Source: a virus. Taken from it: DNA of 64,000 bases. Both the position numbers and the translations under genes were made by a program. The stretch is taken from positions 28,584-92,583 of the IMG/VR virus record IMGVR_UViG_3300042922_000725; one strand, 5' to 3'. Positions 28,976-37,979 of the stretch are shown one piece after another (positions within the stretch are counted from its first letter, which is position 1; each line of letters opens with the position of its first letter). The notes beneath the pieces are model-generated. The model did no database searches, had not been told where the DNA came from, and was given only the letters and a program-made list of their open reading frames with translations.

Positions 28976-29965
28976 ATGAAAGAGACAAATTTACAATTAA
29001 TTAAAGGTGGAAAAATAACAACAAAGGATGGACGAGAGTATACTAGATTAATGGGAGGATTTGGGGAAGGAAAACCGAGTTTAACCGTAAGGCAAATTTC
29101 CGAACTAATGGAAAAAGAATTAAAACACGTAAATGAAACAATTAATAATAACATCAATCATTTTGAGAAAAATATTCATTTAATTGACTTAAAAAACTCA
29201 GTCGATATAATCGACCCAGTTTTAGAGACATTAAAATCCTTGGGTTACAGTAAGCAATCTATATCGAACAGTAAAAACATTTATATACTTTCAGAATCAG
29301 GTTTCTTACTATATCTTAAGTTTGCTGAAGGCGATAAATCAGTAGATTTATATAAAGATTTTATTGAAGACTATTTCCAAACCAAAGCAGAAAATGAGAA
29401 GTTAAAAGTTGCGGTATCAGAAGAATTAGATTCTTTAGTCAATGAAAGAATAACAATATTAGGGAAAATGTTTTATGAACAAGATGAAAAAATAAAAATG
29501 GACTTATTCAATAGATGTGAAAGTCTAAATGATAGAATATCAAAACTTAATTTAGCATTAAAAACAGAAAGTCTTGAAAATGCTATTTTGAATCAAGCTA
29601 GATTAAAAGAAAGTAAAGCTGAATATGTTAATCAATCAGACTTTGGTGAAAGATTCAATAGAAAATTAGGAGCTAAAACAGTGGGTAAATTATTTCAAAT
29701 CGTTGGATTGGCAAAGAAAACTTACAATAGAACTACACCATATGAAAGATATGTACCGAAATATGCCGTAAATGTAGTTGATAATGAAATTGCTAAAAAT
29801 TATGATGTAGCTTATGTTTGGAATTATAACCTTGTAGTTGAGTTTATAGACAAGTGGTTGAAAAATAATGGAAAATATGACATCTTCTATTCAATCGTAA
29901 AAAAGGGTGAAATGATACAATATGTAAATACTTTATATGAAGAAACATTTTCTAAAGCAGTGTAA
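28976..29965 (+). CDS. ORF6N-domain antirepressor
   Basis: GGFGEGK..L...ISEL...KHVNE.IN.NI..F...IDLK...NIYILSE.G; own TTGACA-17-TATAAT promoter at about 28869. Confidence 0.8.
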   Translation: MKETNLQLIKGGKITTKDGREYTRLMGGFGEGKPSLTVRQISELMEKELKHVNETINNNINHFEKNIHLIDLKNSVDIIDPVLETLKSLGYSKQSISNSKNIYILSESGFLLYLKFAEGDKSVDLYKDFIEDYFQTKAENEKLKVAVSEELDSLVNERITILGKMFYEQDEKIKMDLFNRCESLNDRISKLNLALKTESLENAILNQARLKESKAEYVNQSDFGERFNRKLGAKTVGKLFQIVGLAKKTYNRTTPYERYVPKYAVNVVDNEIAKNYDVAYVWNYNLVVEFIDKWLKNNGKYDIFYSIVKKGEMIQYVNTLYEETFSKAV

Positions 29966-30193
29966 TAATAAAATATAAACAAATATAAAATCTCTTAAAT
30001 AAATCTTACATATTTTCTAAGCTAAAAGTTTTTACTAAAAATAATCATATGAAAGAAGTTGTTTGAGTAGTGAAAAATATAATAATGAAAAATAAGAGTT
30101 CTAGTGAAAGCTAGGACTTTTTCATATATAAAAACATATAAAAATAAATAAATATCAGCATATAAAATTATATAAAAACAAGGAGGAATTCAA

Positions 30194-30976
30194 ATGTCGT
30201 TTGTTCAAACAGGTTTTTCATGGAATAGCAAAAGCAATGAAGAAGTTGGCGTTATGTTAGTTCATGAAGATTCTTCAAGCATTAAACAAGCTTTTGGAAT
30301 AACGTCTAAACAAGTAAGAGAAAAAATTAGATATAGAGATATTCCAGTTAGTTATGGAGTTGAAAAAGAAACATCTACAATGCCTATTTCTATTACAAAA
30401 ATAGATGGTTCAGAATTTACATATGAAGATAGAGTTGAATTAGCAAGGTTCTTTAGACCAGACAATAACTTTCATGAATTTTGGAGTTACGATTACGGTG
30501 ATAGACATATATTCTATCTTTACTTTAATTCAGGTAGTTTTGAAAACTTCTTTTCTGATAAAGGTATTATAACTTTAGAAGCTGAAATGTTAGCTCCTTA
30601 CGCATTTAGCCCGGTATCTCACGAAGTATATGATTTATTTAACAATACAACTTCAACTATTATAGAAGTAGAAAATAAAAGTAATGTAATAGAATTTTAT
30701 TATCCTAAAATTGAATTTACATTATTAGATACAGCTACAAGTTTTAAAATAATAAATCACACCAACGGAGGTCAAGTGTTTGAATTTACTGGACTTCAAA
30801 CAGGGGAAACTGTGAGTATAGATAATTTGGCTAGAAGAATTAAATCTAGTACGGGATTACCTAGATTATCTGATTTTAATAAGAACTGGTTTAATTTATG
30901 GTACGGAGTAAATACGATTGAAGTATTTGGAAAGTGCATATTAGAAATAAAGTCACAATTCCCAATGATGATATGA
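30194..30976 (+). CDS. Distal tail protein (Dit)
   Basis: F.WN...EEVGV, PYAFSP, L..GE...IDN, FNKNW..L..G.N.I; follows the TMP. Confidence 0.8.
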   Translation: MSFVQTGFSWNSKSNEEVGVMLVHEDSSSIKQAFGITSKQVREKIRYRDIPVSYGVEKETSTMPISITKIDGSEFTYEDRVELARFFRPDNNFHEFWSYDYGDRHIFYLYFNSGSFENFFSDKGIITLEAEMLAPYAFSPVSHEVYDLFNNTTSTIIEVENKSNVIEFYYPKIEFTLLDTATSFKIINHTNGGQVFEFTGLQTGETVSIDNLARRIKSSTGLPRLSDFNKNWFNLWYGVNTIEVFGKCILEIKSQFPMMI

Positions 30977-30992
30977 TAAACGAGGTGAAAAT

Positions 30993-33383
30993 ATGTTAGT
31001 AGAACAATATGATATAAATAAAAAATATCCTTTTATATTGATGTTAATGAGTGCAAGGGGAGTAGAATTAGCTGAAATTAAAGATGCTTTTAATAGGCAT
31101 TTGGAAATAAAATCAGAAGATATAAGTACATTAAGTTTTGACATTCCTTATAACGTTGAAGATACAGAAACACATCTATTTGTAAAAAATGATTATTATG
31201 AATTATTACAAGTTGGAATGATAATTAGATTGAACAACGATAGAAAATTTGTAATTGTGGATGCATGGGATAATGAAGGAGAGTCGGATATAAAAAATAT
31301 AACCGCTTTATCCTTAGAAAATCAATATACCACAAGAAGAATAACTTTAGATAGTTTAACAAGAGAGTTATATTCTGATACAGAAGGTTCTCCAGAAGGA
31401 ATATTAAATATAATAGAGAAAAACTTCCCTTTATTTAAAGTTGGATATGTAGACCCGGCTTGTAGATACGAAACTATAAATGGTGGTTCTGTAAAGAAAT
31501 ATAGGTTCTTTGATGTATTTAGAAAGCCACTATATGAGTTTATTAGAACTGACTTACAACAAGCTTTTAATATTATAGTATACTATGATACAATTAATAG
31601 AGTATTTAATGTATATGATAGAGATACTTTTGGAGAAGATACGGGAATATACATAAGCAAAGAAAATTATGCTAAATATGTTAAAAGACAAATTGTTGGA
31701 GATAATATAGTTACAAGATTAAGCGTTTCTGGAAATAAAGTAACACCAAACGGAACTGAAAATATATTTATATCTGGAGTTAATTTATTGGGGGGAGACT
31801 ATGTAGAGAATTTTGACTTTTATAAAATTAATGGACAAATGGACGAAATTCTTATTAATGCATTAGATAGATATGATTTATTGTTAGCTGAGAAAAATAT
31901 TGAGTATCAGAATTTAAAAACAATATTAACTGGATATAATGCAACTTTAGTAACTAGACAAGCAGAGTTAACCCAATTAGAAGAAGAGTTAGACGCTTTA
32001 ATTTATACTCAAATGGGATATGCACAAGCTGGAAATAACACACAATTACCAACAGCTACAGCAAATGTAAATAATAAAAAAAGCCAAATAAGCACTAAAA
32101 ATGCTCAAATAACAAGCGTTCAAAGTCAAATTAATGGAGTTTTAAATCAGATAGAAGATATTGCTGAAGCTATACAAAGACAAAATGCGAGAGATATTGA
32201 TACTAATGAATTAATATTTACAGAAGATGACTTAATTGAACTTGAAAATTTTATACATGAAGAAGATTGGTCGAGTGATTATTTTGACAATGAACAATCT
32301 TTATATAATGGAGCTATTGAGAAATTAGCTGATTGGAGTGAACCTCCTATTGAATTTGATATTAGTTTAGTTGATTTATTGAGTTGTGCAGAGTTGCAAG
32401 ATGATTGGGAAAACATATTAACAATTGGAAATTATATTACAGTACATATGAGTAATTTAAATCTAGATTATAATATGAAAATAGTTTCTTATAGTTATGA
32501 ACCTGATTCAAATAATTTTAGTATGACGTTTAGTAATAAAAATAAAAAAATTGATAATATAAGAGATAGTAACGCTATTAATAATAATGCCGTAGAATCA
32601 GGAAAAAGTGTAAATAGAAAGAAATTAGAGTGGAATCAAGTAGTTGGATTAAAAACTGGATTTGATGATTATAAAAATAATGCTTTAGATATGGCTAAAC
32701 AAAACGTAATAGCAAGTCAAGGAAGAAATAAGGTAGATATATCTGAAAATGGAGAGTTTATAACAGATACTGAAAATCCTAATTTACAATTAATTCTAAC
32801 CGCTGGACAATTGCTTATAACAGATGACGCATTAGAGACAGTTCGTACCGCGGTTAATTCCCAAGGAATTACAGCAGAAGAACTAATAGGAGAAATGATT
32901 CTTTCTAATAAATTATTTGTAAAAGACACTACAGGAACATTTTCTATCGTGAATAACTTATTGACAATTAAAGATGCTAGTAATAACATCAAAGTTAAAA
33001 TTGGTATGTATGCTCCAGGACAATATGGAGTACAAGTATTTTCTAGTACAGGACAAAGTTTAATTAATGGAGATAGTATAGTTTCTGATGAGTTAAGAGG
33101 AGAAATCATTTATGTTGATGGTGCATTAAGGTTAAAGAGACCTACATATCAACTTGGTGTAGGGGCAGCTAGAATAGAATTTTTAAATTCTAATGGAGAT
33201 GTTTTAACCTTGCAAAATGATGGATTAACTGGAATAAGATTTGATGGTGGGGGAGCTTTTACGGCGAATAATTTTTATGCAAATTATAACGTTACTTGTA
33301 CAAATTTAATTGCAACTAATATAAATACTGCTTTAAGTAATATTTATGCAAGATTATCTGCGTTAGAGGCTGGAACTCCATAA
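30993..33383 (+). CDS. Tail tip/baseplate hub protein (Tal-like)
   Basis: LSFDIP, TG.YIS..NY, IVTRL.V.G, GITAE.L.G; coiled-coil insert. Confidence 0.75.
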   Translation: MLVEQYDINKKYPFILMLMSARGVELAEIKDAFNRHLEIKSEDISTLSFDIPYNVEDTETHLFVKNDYYELLQVGMIIRLNNDRKFVIVDAWDNEGESDIKNITALSLENQYTTRRITLDSLTRELYSDTEGSPEGILNIIEKNFPLFKVGYVDPACRYETINGGSVKKYRFFDVFRKPLYEFIRTDLQQAFNIIVYYDTINRVFNVYDRDTFGEDTGIYISKENYAKYVKRQIVGDNIVTRLSVSGNKVTPNGTENIFISGVNLLGGDYVENFDFYKINGQMDEILINALDRYDLLLAEKNIEYQNLKTILTGYNATLVTRQAELTQLEEELDALIYTQMGYAQAGNNTQLPTATANVNNKKSQISTKNAQITSVQSQINGVLNQIEDIAEAIQRQNARDIDTNELIFTEDDLIELENFIHEEDWSSDYFDNEQSLYNGAIEKLADWSEPPIEFDISLVDLLSCAELQDDWENILTIGNYITVHMSNLNLDYNMKIVSYSYEPDSNNFSMTFSNKNKKIDNIRDSNAINNNAVESGKSVNRKKLEWNQVVGLKTGFDDYKNNALDMAKQNVIASQGRNKVDISENGEFITDTENPNLQLILTAGQLLITDDALETVRTAVNSQGITAEELIGEMILSNKLFVKDTTGTFSIVNNLLTIKDASNNIKVKIGMYAPGQYGVQVFSSTGQSLINGDSIVSDELRGEIIYVDGALRLKRPTYQLGVGAARIEFLNSNGDVLTLQNDGLTGIRFDGGGAFTANNFYANYNVTCTNLIATNINTALSNIYARLSALEAGTP

Positions 33384-33515
33384 TTTATAAAAATAATTAG
33401 AAAATATTTTAGAAGCATATTGCAATTTAGTAAGATTTATCATATAATGTAAATAAGAACAAATCAAAATAAACAATTATAATATTATATGATAAATCAA
33501 AGGAGATTTAAAAAA

Positions 33516-34610
33516 ATGAAAAGAATTAAAAAATTAGCAATGTTGTTATCGGTTGTATTGTCCTTAAATATAAATACTTTTGTTGCAAAAGCAGATTCTA
33601 CAAGTGTAAGTCAATTGGTGGAAAAAGCGGTTTCTCAGAAATCCTTCTATTACTATAATCAGGCTTATGCTCAAATTGTGGTTCTTGAGGATGGAAAAAT
33701 AAAAGATGCTCTATTAAATAGACTTTCTAGTGTTAGCAGTCAAATTTGGAATAATGATGTTAAACTTATCAATAGTGATTTAGATAGTCTTTCTAAAACG
33801 GGTAGTGCAAAACTATATGACGAAGTTCAAATCAAGATCAATAATTCTAAACTTCCAGAAATTGATAAAGCTTATTTTTTGGCAGAAGTTAATTCGTGGG
33901 GTGTAAATCTTGTTTGGACAGAAGATTATAAATCAGCCATGAAAGCTTTATTAGGGGCAGGAATACAAAGAACTTCCAAATCAGTTCAAAATGCAAAACA
34001 AGAAATTAACAAGGTAAAAAACATAGAAAATAGGGGGTATCTTATGGATACACTAAATAGTTACAATATAGTAGAAACTTCGACAATTGAAAATAATTCT
34101 AATCAAACTATAAGCTTAAATGAAACATATGATAAAAATAAAGTTGGAAATATTAAGGGGGTAATAAATTATCAAAATAAAAATGGTGAATTACTTCCAG
34201 ATGTAGCAGCAAGTATTGCTTTTATTCCCATGACTTCTTTAAAATATATTGACGATAAAGATTATATAAACCAATTTTGCCAAAGTCTTGTTCCAACTAC
34301 TAAGGTAGGAATTCAAATTCTAGGAAAATATGGAATTTATTCAGATTACATCTTGAAAGATGAATATAATTTCAAAGATGTTCCTGCTGGTAAATATTAT
34401 GTTGTAGTAAGATCATTTAATTCAACACAATCTCTTTGGAGTTGGGAACTTGATGAAAACGACATGGCTATTTTAGATGCAATATTCAATTCAAAGGATA
34501 TTGGTAATATGAAACTAATGTTACAACAATACAAATATGTTATAACTACAGTTGAAATAAAAGAAAATGAAACTACAACTTTCAATTATAATTTCATGTA
34601 TGAAGAATAA
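33516..34610 (+). CDS. Secreted/cell-surface moron protein
   Basis: Signal peptide MKRIKKLAMLLSVVLSL...AKA; helical N-domain; beta-sandwich C-domain (F.DVPAG.Y); flanking terminator. Confidence 0.7.
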   Translation: MKRIKKLAMLLSVVLSLNINTFVAKADSTSVSQLVEKAVSQKSFYYYNQAYAQIVVLEDGKIKDALLNRLSSVSSQIWNNDVKLINSDLDSLSKTGSAKLYDEVQIKINNSKLPEIDKAYFLAEVNSWGVNLVWTEDYKSAMKALLGAGIQRTSKSVQNAKQEINKVKNIENRGYLMDTLNSYNIVETSTIENNSNQTISLNETYDKNKVGNIKGVINYQNKNGELLPDVAASIAFIPMTSLKYIDDKDYINQFCQSLVPTTKVGIQILGKYGIYSDYILKDEYNFKDVPAGKYYVVVRSFNSTQSLWSWELDENDMAILDAIFNSKDIGNMKLMLQQYKYVITTVEIKENETTTFNYNFMYEE

Positions 34611-34615
34611 TCGAC

Positions 34616-34656
34616 TTATTGAAGACTAGGTGATAAAATTACTTAGTCTTCAATAA
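34616..34656 (+). terminator. Terminator hairpin
   Basis: ttattgaagactaggt...acttagtcttcaataa. Confidence 0.65.
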
Positions 34657-34838
34657 TTTATAAAGTTTTATTAATTAAATATAAACAAAGTCTTTACAAT
34701 TTCTTTTAAATGTGTTAAGCTAAATATAATGTAAATAAATAGTAATCTCTCTATTTATAACATACATTACATATTTCATATTTTAAAAATTCAATAGTTT
34801 TGTTATAATATAGATATATAAAAAGGAGAGATTGAAAG

Positions 34839-35270
34839 ATGGATAATAACAAGAAAGAAGAGCCAGATAAAGATTATATAGAAAAAGCTGTAAAAGATGC
34901 AATAGATAAAATACTTGTAAAAGAAACATATGATTATGAAGATAAGTTAGATAAAGTAATAAGAGAAACAAATAGTCTTAAAAAAGCAATGGAAAATTAT
35001 TTTAAAAACGAGCCAAAAGAAGCTGTAAGTATTACTAAACAATATTTTACGAAATACAATTATCAAATAGAAAATAATTTAAAATATTTAATATCTCAAA
35101 CACCTTATACTCAAACTGAAATAGCAGAGATGCTAGGAATATCTCCAAAAACGTTGAGTAATATGGTTGCAAACAGGTTTAATACATCTTTAGAAATAGG
35201 TTTAAAATTAAGCTTATTATTTGGAGTTAGTGTTAATGAAATATTTAAACTTGTAAAACAAGAAAAATAG
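34839..35270 (+). CDS. XRE-family regulator with C-terminal HTH (cassette C)
   Basis: NNLK....TQTEIAEMLGISPKTLSN...R.N.SLE.GLKLS..FGVSVNEIF. Confidence 0.85.
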   Translation: MDNNKKEEPDKDYIEKAVKDAIDKILVKETYDYEDKLDKVIRETNSLKKAMENYFKNEPKEAVSITKQYFTKYNYQIENNLKYLISQTPYTQTEIAEMLGISPKTLSNMVANRFNTSLEIGLKLSLLFGVSVNEIFKLVKQEK

Positions 35271-35272
35271 AA

Positions 35273-35320
35273 AAATATTACTTGTTATATATTGATAAGT
35301 AATATTTGCCATGTTATATT
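35273..35320 (+). promoter_or_regulatory. Sigma-A promoter overlapped by an inverted repeat (cassette C)
   Basis: TTGATA(35292)-17-TATATT with TG extension; arms aaatattactt/aagtaatattt spanning 35273-35307. Confidence 0.65.
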
Positions 35321-35377
35321 ATTCTTACAAGACAAGAAAAAGTCTTGTGGAATAAGAACAATATGGGGGTTTTATAA

Positions 35378-35683
35378 ATGGAAGTTTTATTAAATAAGTT
35401 TTCAATTGACGACATAAAAGAATTAGACAGTGTATTAGAAAAGATGAACGGTGATTTAGTTTCAATTCAATATGAAACGAAAGAATTTAATCCTTTCTAC
35501 TTCGAAAATTATTTTTTAGGTTATACGGATTGCGAAGGTATACATATTGGAAGCGATGAGTATACAAGTTGTGTCTTATGGGAAAAAATCTGTGACATAA
35601 TAATTAAAAGATTTTGTAAAAATATAGAATTTATTATATATTTACAGAGTGGTAGTGTCATTAGAATTAATAATGAAGTGTAA
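35378..35683 (+). CDS. Small hypothetical effector, paralogue of 21119
   Basis: Clear end-to-end similarity to 21119-21400. Confidence 0.8.
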   Translation: MEVLLNKFSIDDIKELDSVLEKMNGDLVSIQYETKEFNPFYFENYFLGYTDCEGIHIGSDEYTSCVLWEKICDIIIKRFCKNIEFIIYLQSGSVIRINNEV

Positions 35684-35769
35684 GTAAAATAAAAGCACCA
35701 ATGATGAAAAATATTACATATATTAATATATTAAAAATCATATAAATTAAAAGATGAGGTGTTTTTATT

Positions 35770-36684
35770 ATGGAAGAAAAATTTGAGCAATTAAAATGGG
35801 ACATAGTTTGTACAGGGAATGAAGTAATGATTTCAGATACTACTATTAAAATTCAAGAAATATATGGTGGATTTGGACAAGGTCAAAAGGTGTTAACAAT
35901 TCCACAAATAGCATTGTTACATGTTGATAATCCGAATGATAAAGAAGAAGTTAAAAAACGTATAAAAAGAATCAATGAACTTATAAATGATAATATTATT
36001 CTTGAAAGTGGGGATAAATATTTTGAATTTGGTATAGATATTATAGATTTAAAACGTGACGGTAGAAACGACCTGTTCACAAACCTTAAAAGAGCTGGAG
36101 TTTACACGCAAGCACAAATAGGAAACGCAACCAATTTGTATATATTATCCGAACAAGGATATTCTTTATTAATTAACTTAATGAAAGATACTCGTTCAAA
36201 AGTAATATATAAAAAAGTTATTCGAGACTATTTTAAATTAAAAGAGTATATATTAAGCAAAGAAGATACAGAACAATATATGCTTAGATTATTAGGTAAA
36301 AAAGAAAGAAAACGCACTACCGATACTATTAAATATTTTATAGACAATGGCTTTATAGAACATGACCCAAAAGACCCAAGAAGAAATGCTTATGCTAGAG
36401 AAACTAATTATATTTATAGATTATTGTTTGGAATGACAGCAAAAGAAATTGAAGCCTTTTTAGGATTAGAATTAAAACCGTATGATACTGTAAGAAACTA
36501 TTTATCTGCCAAAGATATTGATGATATTATGAGAATTGAAGGTAGAGTTGCTTATATGCAAGAAGATGACAAGAATTATAAACAAATACAAAATAGATTA
36601 AAAGAATTGTATTCGAGACCTAGAAGACCTCAAATGGCTGATAAAAGCATTTCACTAATAAAAAGACTTTCAGCAACAGAATAA
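35770..36684 (+). CDS. ORF6N-domain antirepressor (paralogue of 28976, different C-terminus)
   Basis: GGFGQGQK.L...IA.LH, INELIN.NI, IIDLK, NLYILSEQGY. Confidence 0.8.
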   Translation: MEEKFEQLKWDIVCTGNEVMISDTTIKIQEIYGGFGQGQKVLTIPQIALLHVDNPNDKEEVKKRIKRINELINDNIILESGDKYFEFGIDIIDLKRDGRNDLFTNLKRAGVYTQAQIGNATNLYILSEQGYSLLINLMKDTRSKVIYKKVIRDYFKLKEYILSKEDTEQYMLRLLGKKERKRTTDTIKYFIDNGFIEHDPKDPRRNAYARETNYIYRLLFGMTAKEIEAFLGLELKPYDTVRNYLSAKDIDDIMRIEGRVAYMQEDDKNYKQIQNRLKELYSRPRRPQMADKSISLIKRLSATE

Positions 36685-36692
36685 GCTTATCT

Positions 36693-36720
36693 AAGACTAG
36701 GTTTATATATCTAGTCTTTT
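36693..36720 (+). terminator. Intrinsic terminator
   Basis: aagactaggt...atctagtctttt. Confidence 0.65.
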
Positions 36721-36792
36721 CTATTATTGACATTTATTCACACTCAAATGTATAATATAATTAACATTCATTATTATGAATAGAGGTGTGAA

Positions 36793-37077
36793 ATGATAAG
36801 AAATAGAGAATTAAAAAGAACACGTAGAAATATTGTTTCTACAGATAATAAAAAAGCTCAATTGGTTCAAATTATTAAAGATTTAAGTTTAAAACATAAA
36901 GGAGGGAAATTGGCTATGAAAGTAATAGTTGAAAAACCTATTAAGCCAGAAGAATCTATCCTTAGCAGGTCTTCCAGACATTATATAGATGAAAACGGAA
37001 TTATAAGAAGTAATTCTAAACGGTCAAATATGGTTTTCAAGAGAATGTTGGAGGAAGAAGGCAGTGAAAGAGATTAA
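36793..37077 (+). CDS. Putative antitoxin (alternative start ATG 36916)
   Basis: Small basic gene overlapping the PIN gene; TTGACA-18-TATAAT promoter upstream. Confidence 0.5.
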   Translation: MIRNRELKRTRRNIVSTDNKKAQLVQIIKDLSLKHKGGKLAMKVIVEKPIKPEESILSRSSRHYIDENGIIRSNSKRSNMVFKRMLEEEGSERD

Positions 37078-37765
37078 TTATCCAAATAATTTGTTATCTT
37101 TTAATAAGGATATTAAAGTATTATTAGATGCAAACATATTTTTACACGATTTATATAGTAGCGACAAGGTAGGAATTATATGTTCAAAATTATTAAAGGA
37201 ATTATCGGATTCAAGTACACAAATATATATATCAAATGTAATAATTTCAGAAGTTTTAAATAAGATTATAAAAGCAGAGTTTGAGTCTGATATGTATTAT
37301 AAATTGGATAAAATTGTTCCTATAAATTCCACAAAAATTATTGATAAGATTGTTTCTGTATTAAATAGTAGTCATGGTTTTAATATAAAATTAGAAGATA
37401 AAGATATAATGGATAAAATAAATTTAGCTCAATGTTTTAATATTTTAAATAAAAATAAAATGAACAGGTATTTATTAAAACCATATTTTGATATTACAAT
37501 TAATATTTATAATAATTTTAAGAAAAAATTAGGACTTGAATATCTGATGGTATCAGAAGATATTTATAACAAATCTTTAAATAATTTTCAAATTCAAATG
37601 ATGAATATAAATGATGCTCAACATTTACAAGTTGCTTTAGATAATAAAATGGATTATATAATCACTACAGATAAAGATTTTTCATTTGTTGCAGAGGTGT
37701 ATGAGACTAAAATACTTAAAATAGATAAAAATAGTGAAGATATTGATTATGTTGCAATAAATTAA
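37064..37765 (+). CDS. PIN-domain (VapC-like) ribonuclease
   Basis: VLLDANIF, IS..IISEV, NDAQH..A, IITTDKDF acidic tetrad. Confidence 0.85.
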   Translation: MKEINYPNNLLSFNKDIKVLLDANIFLHDLYSSDKVGIICSKLLKELSDSSTQIYISNVIISEVLNKIIKAEFESDMYYKLDKIVPINSTKIIDKIVSVLNSSHGFNIKLEDKDIMDKINLAQCFNILNKNKMNRYLLKPYFDITINIYNNFKKKLGLEYLMVSEDIYNKSLNNFQIQMMNINDAQHLQVALDNKMDYIITTDKDFSFVAEVYETKILKIDKNSEDIDYVAIN

Positions 37766-37979
37766 GTTATATAGATATTTACTTTAAAATTTGGTTATAA
37801 TAGGTTGTACGTCATTATGAAAAATGAATATTAAAACCTCTGATTAATTTTAGTGGTTTTACTATAATTTAAAATTTATCAATAAAATATAAACAAAATA
37901 AAACCCAATAAATGAGCTGTTTTATTAATCAATTATAAACAGTTCTTTTTTTATTTGCAAAAGAAAGCGAGGTAATAAA

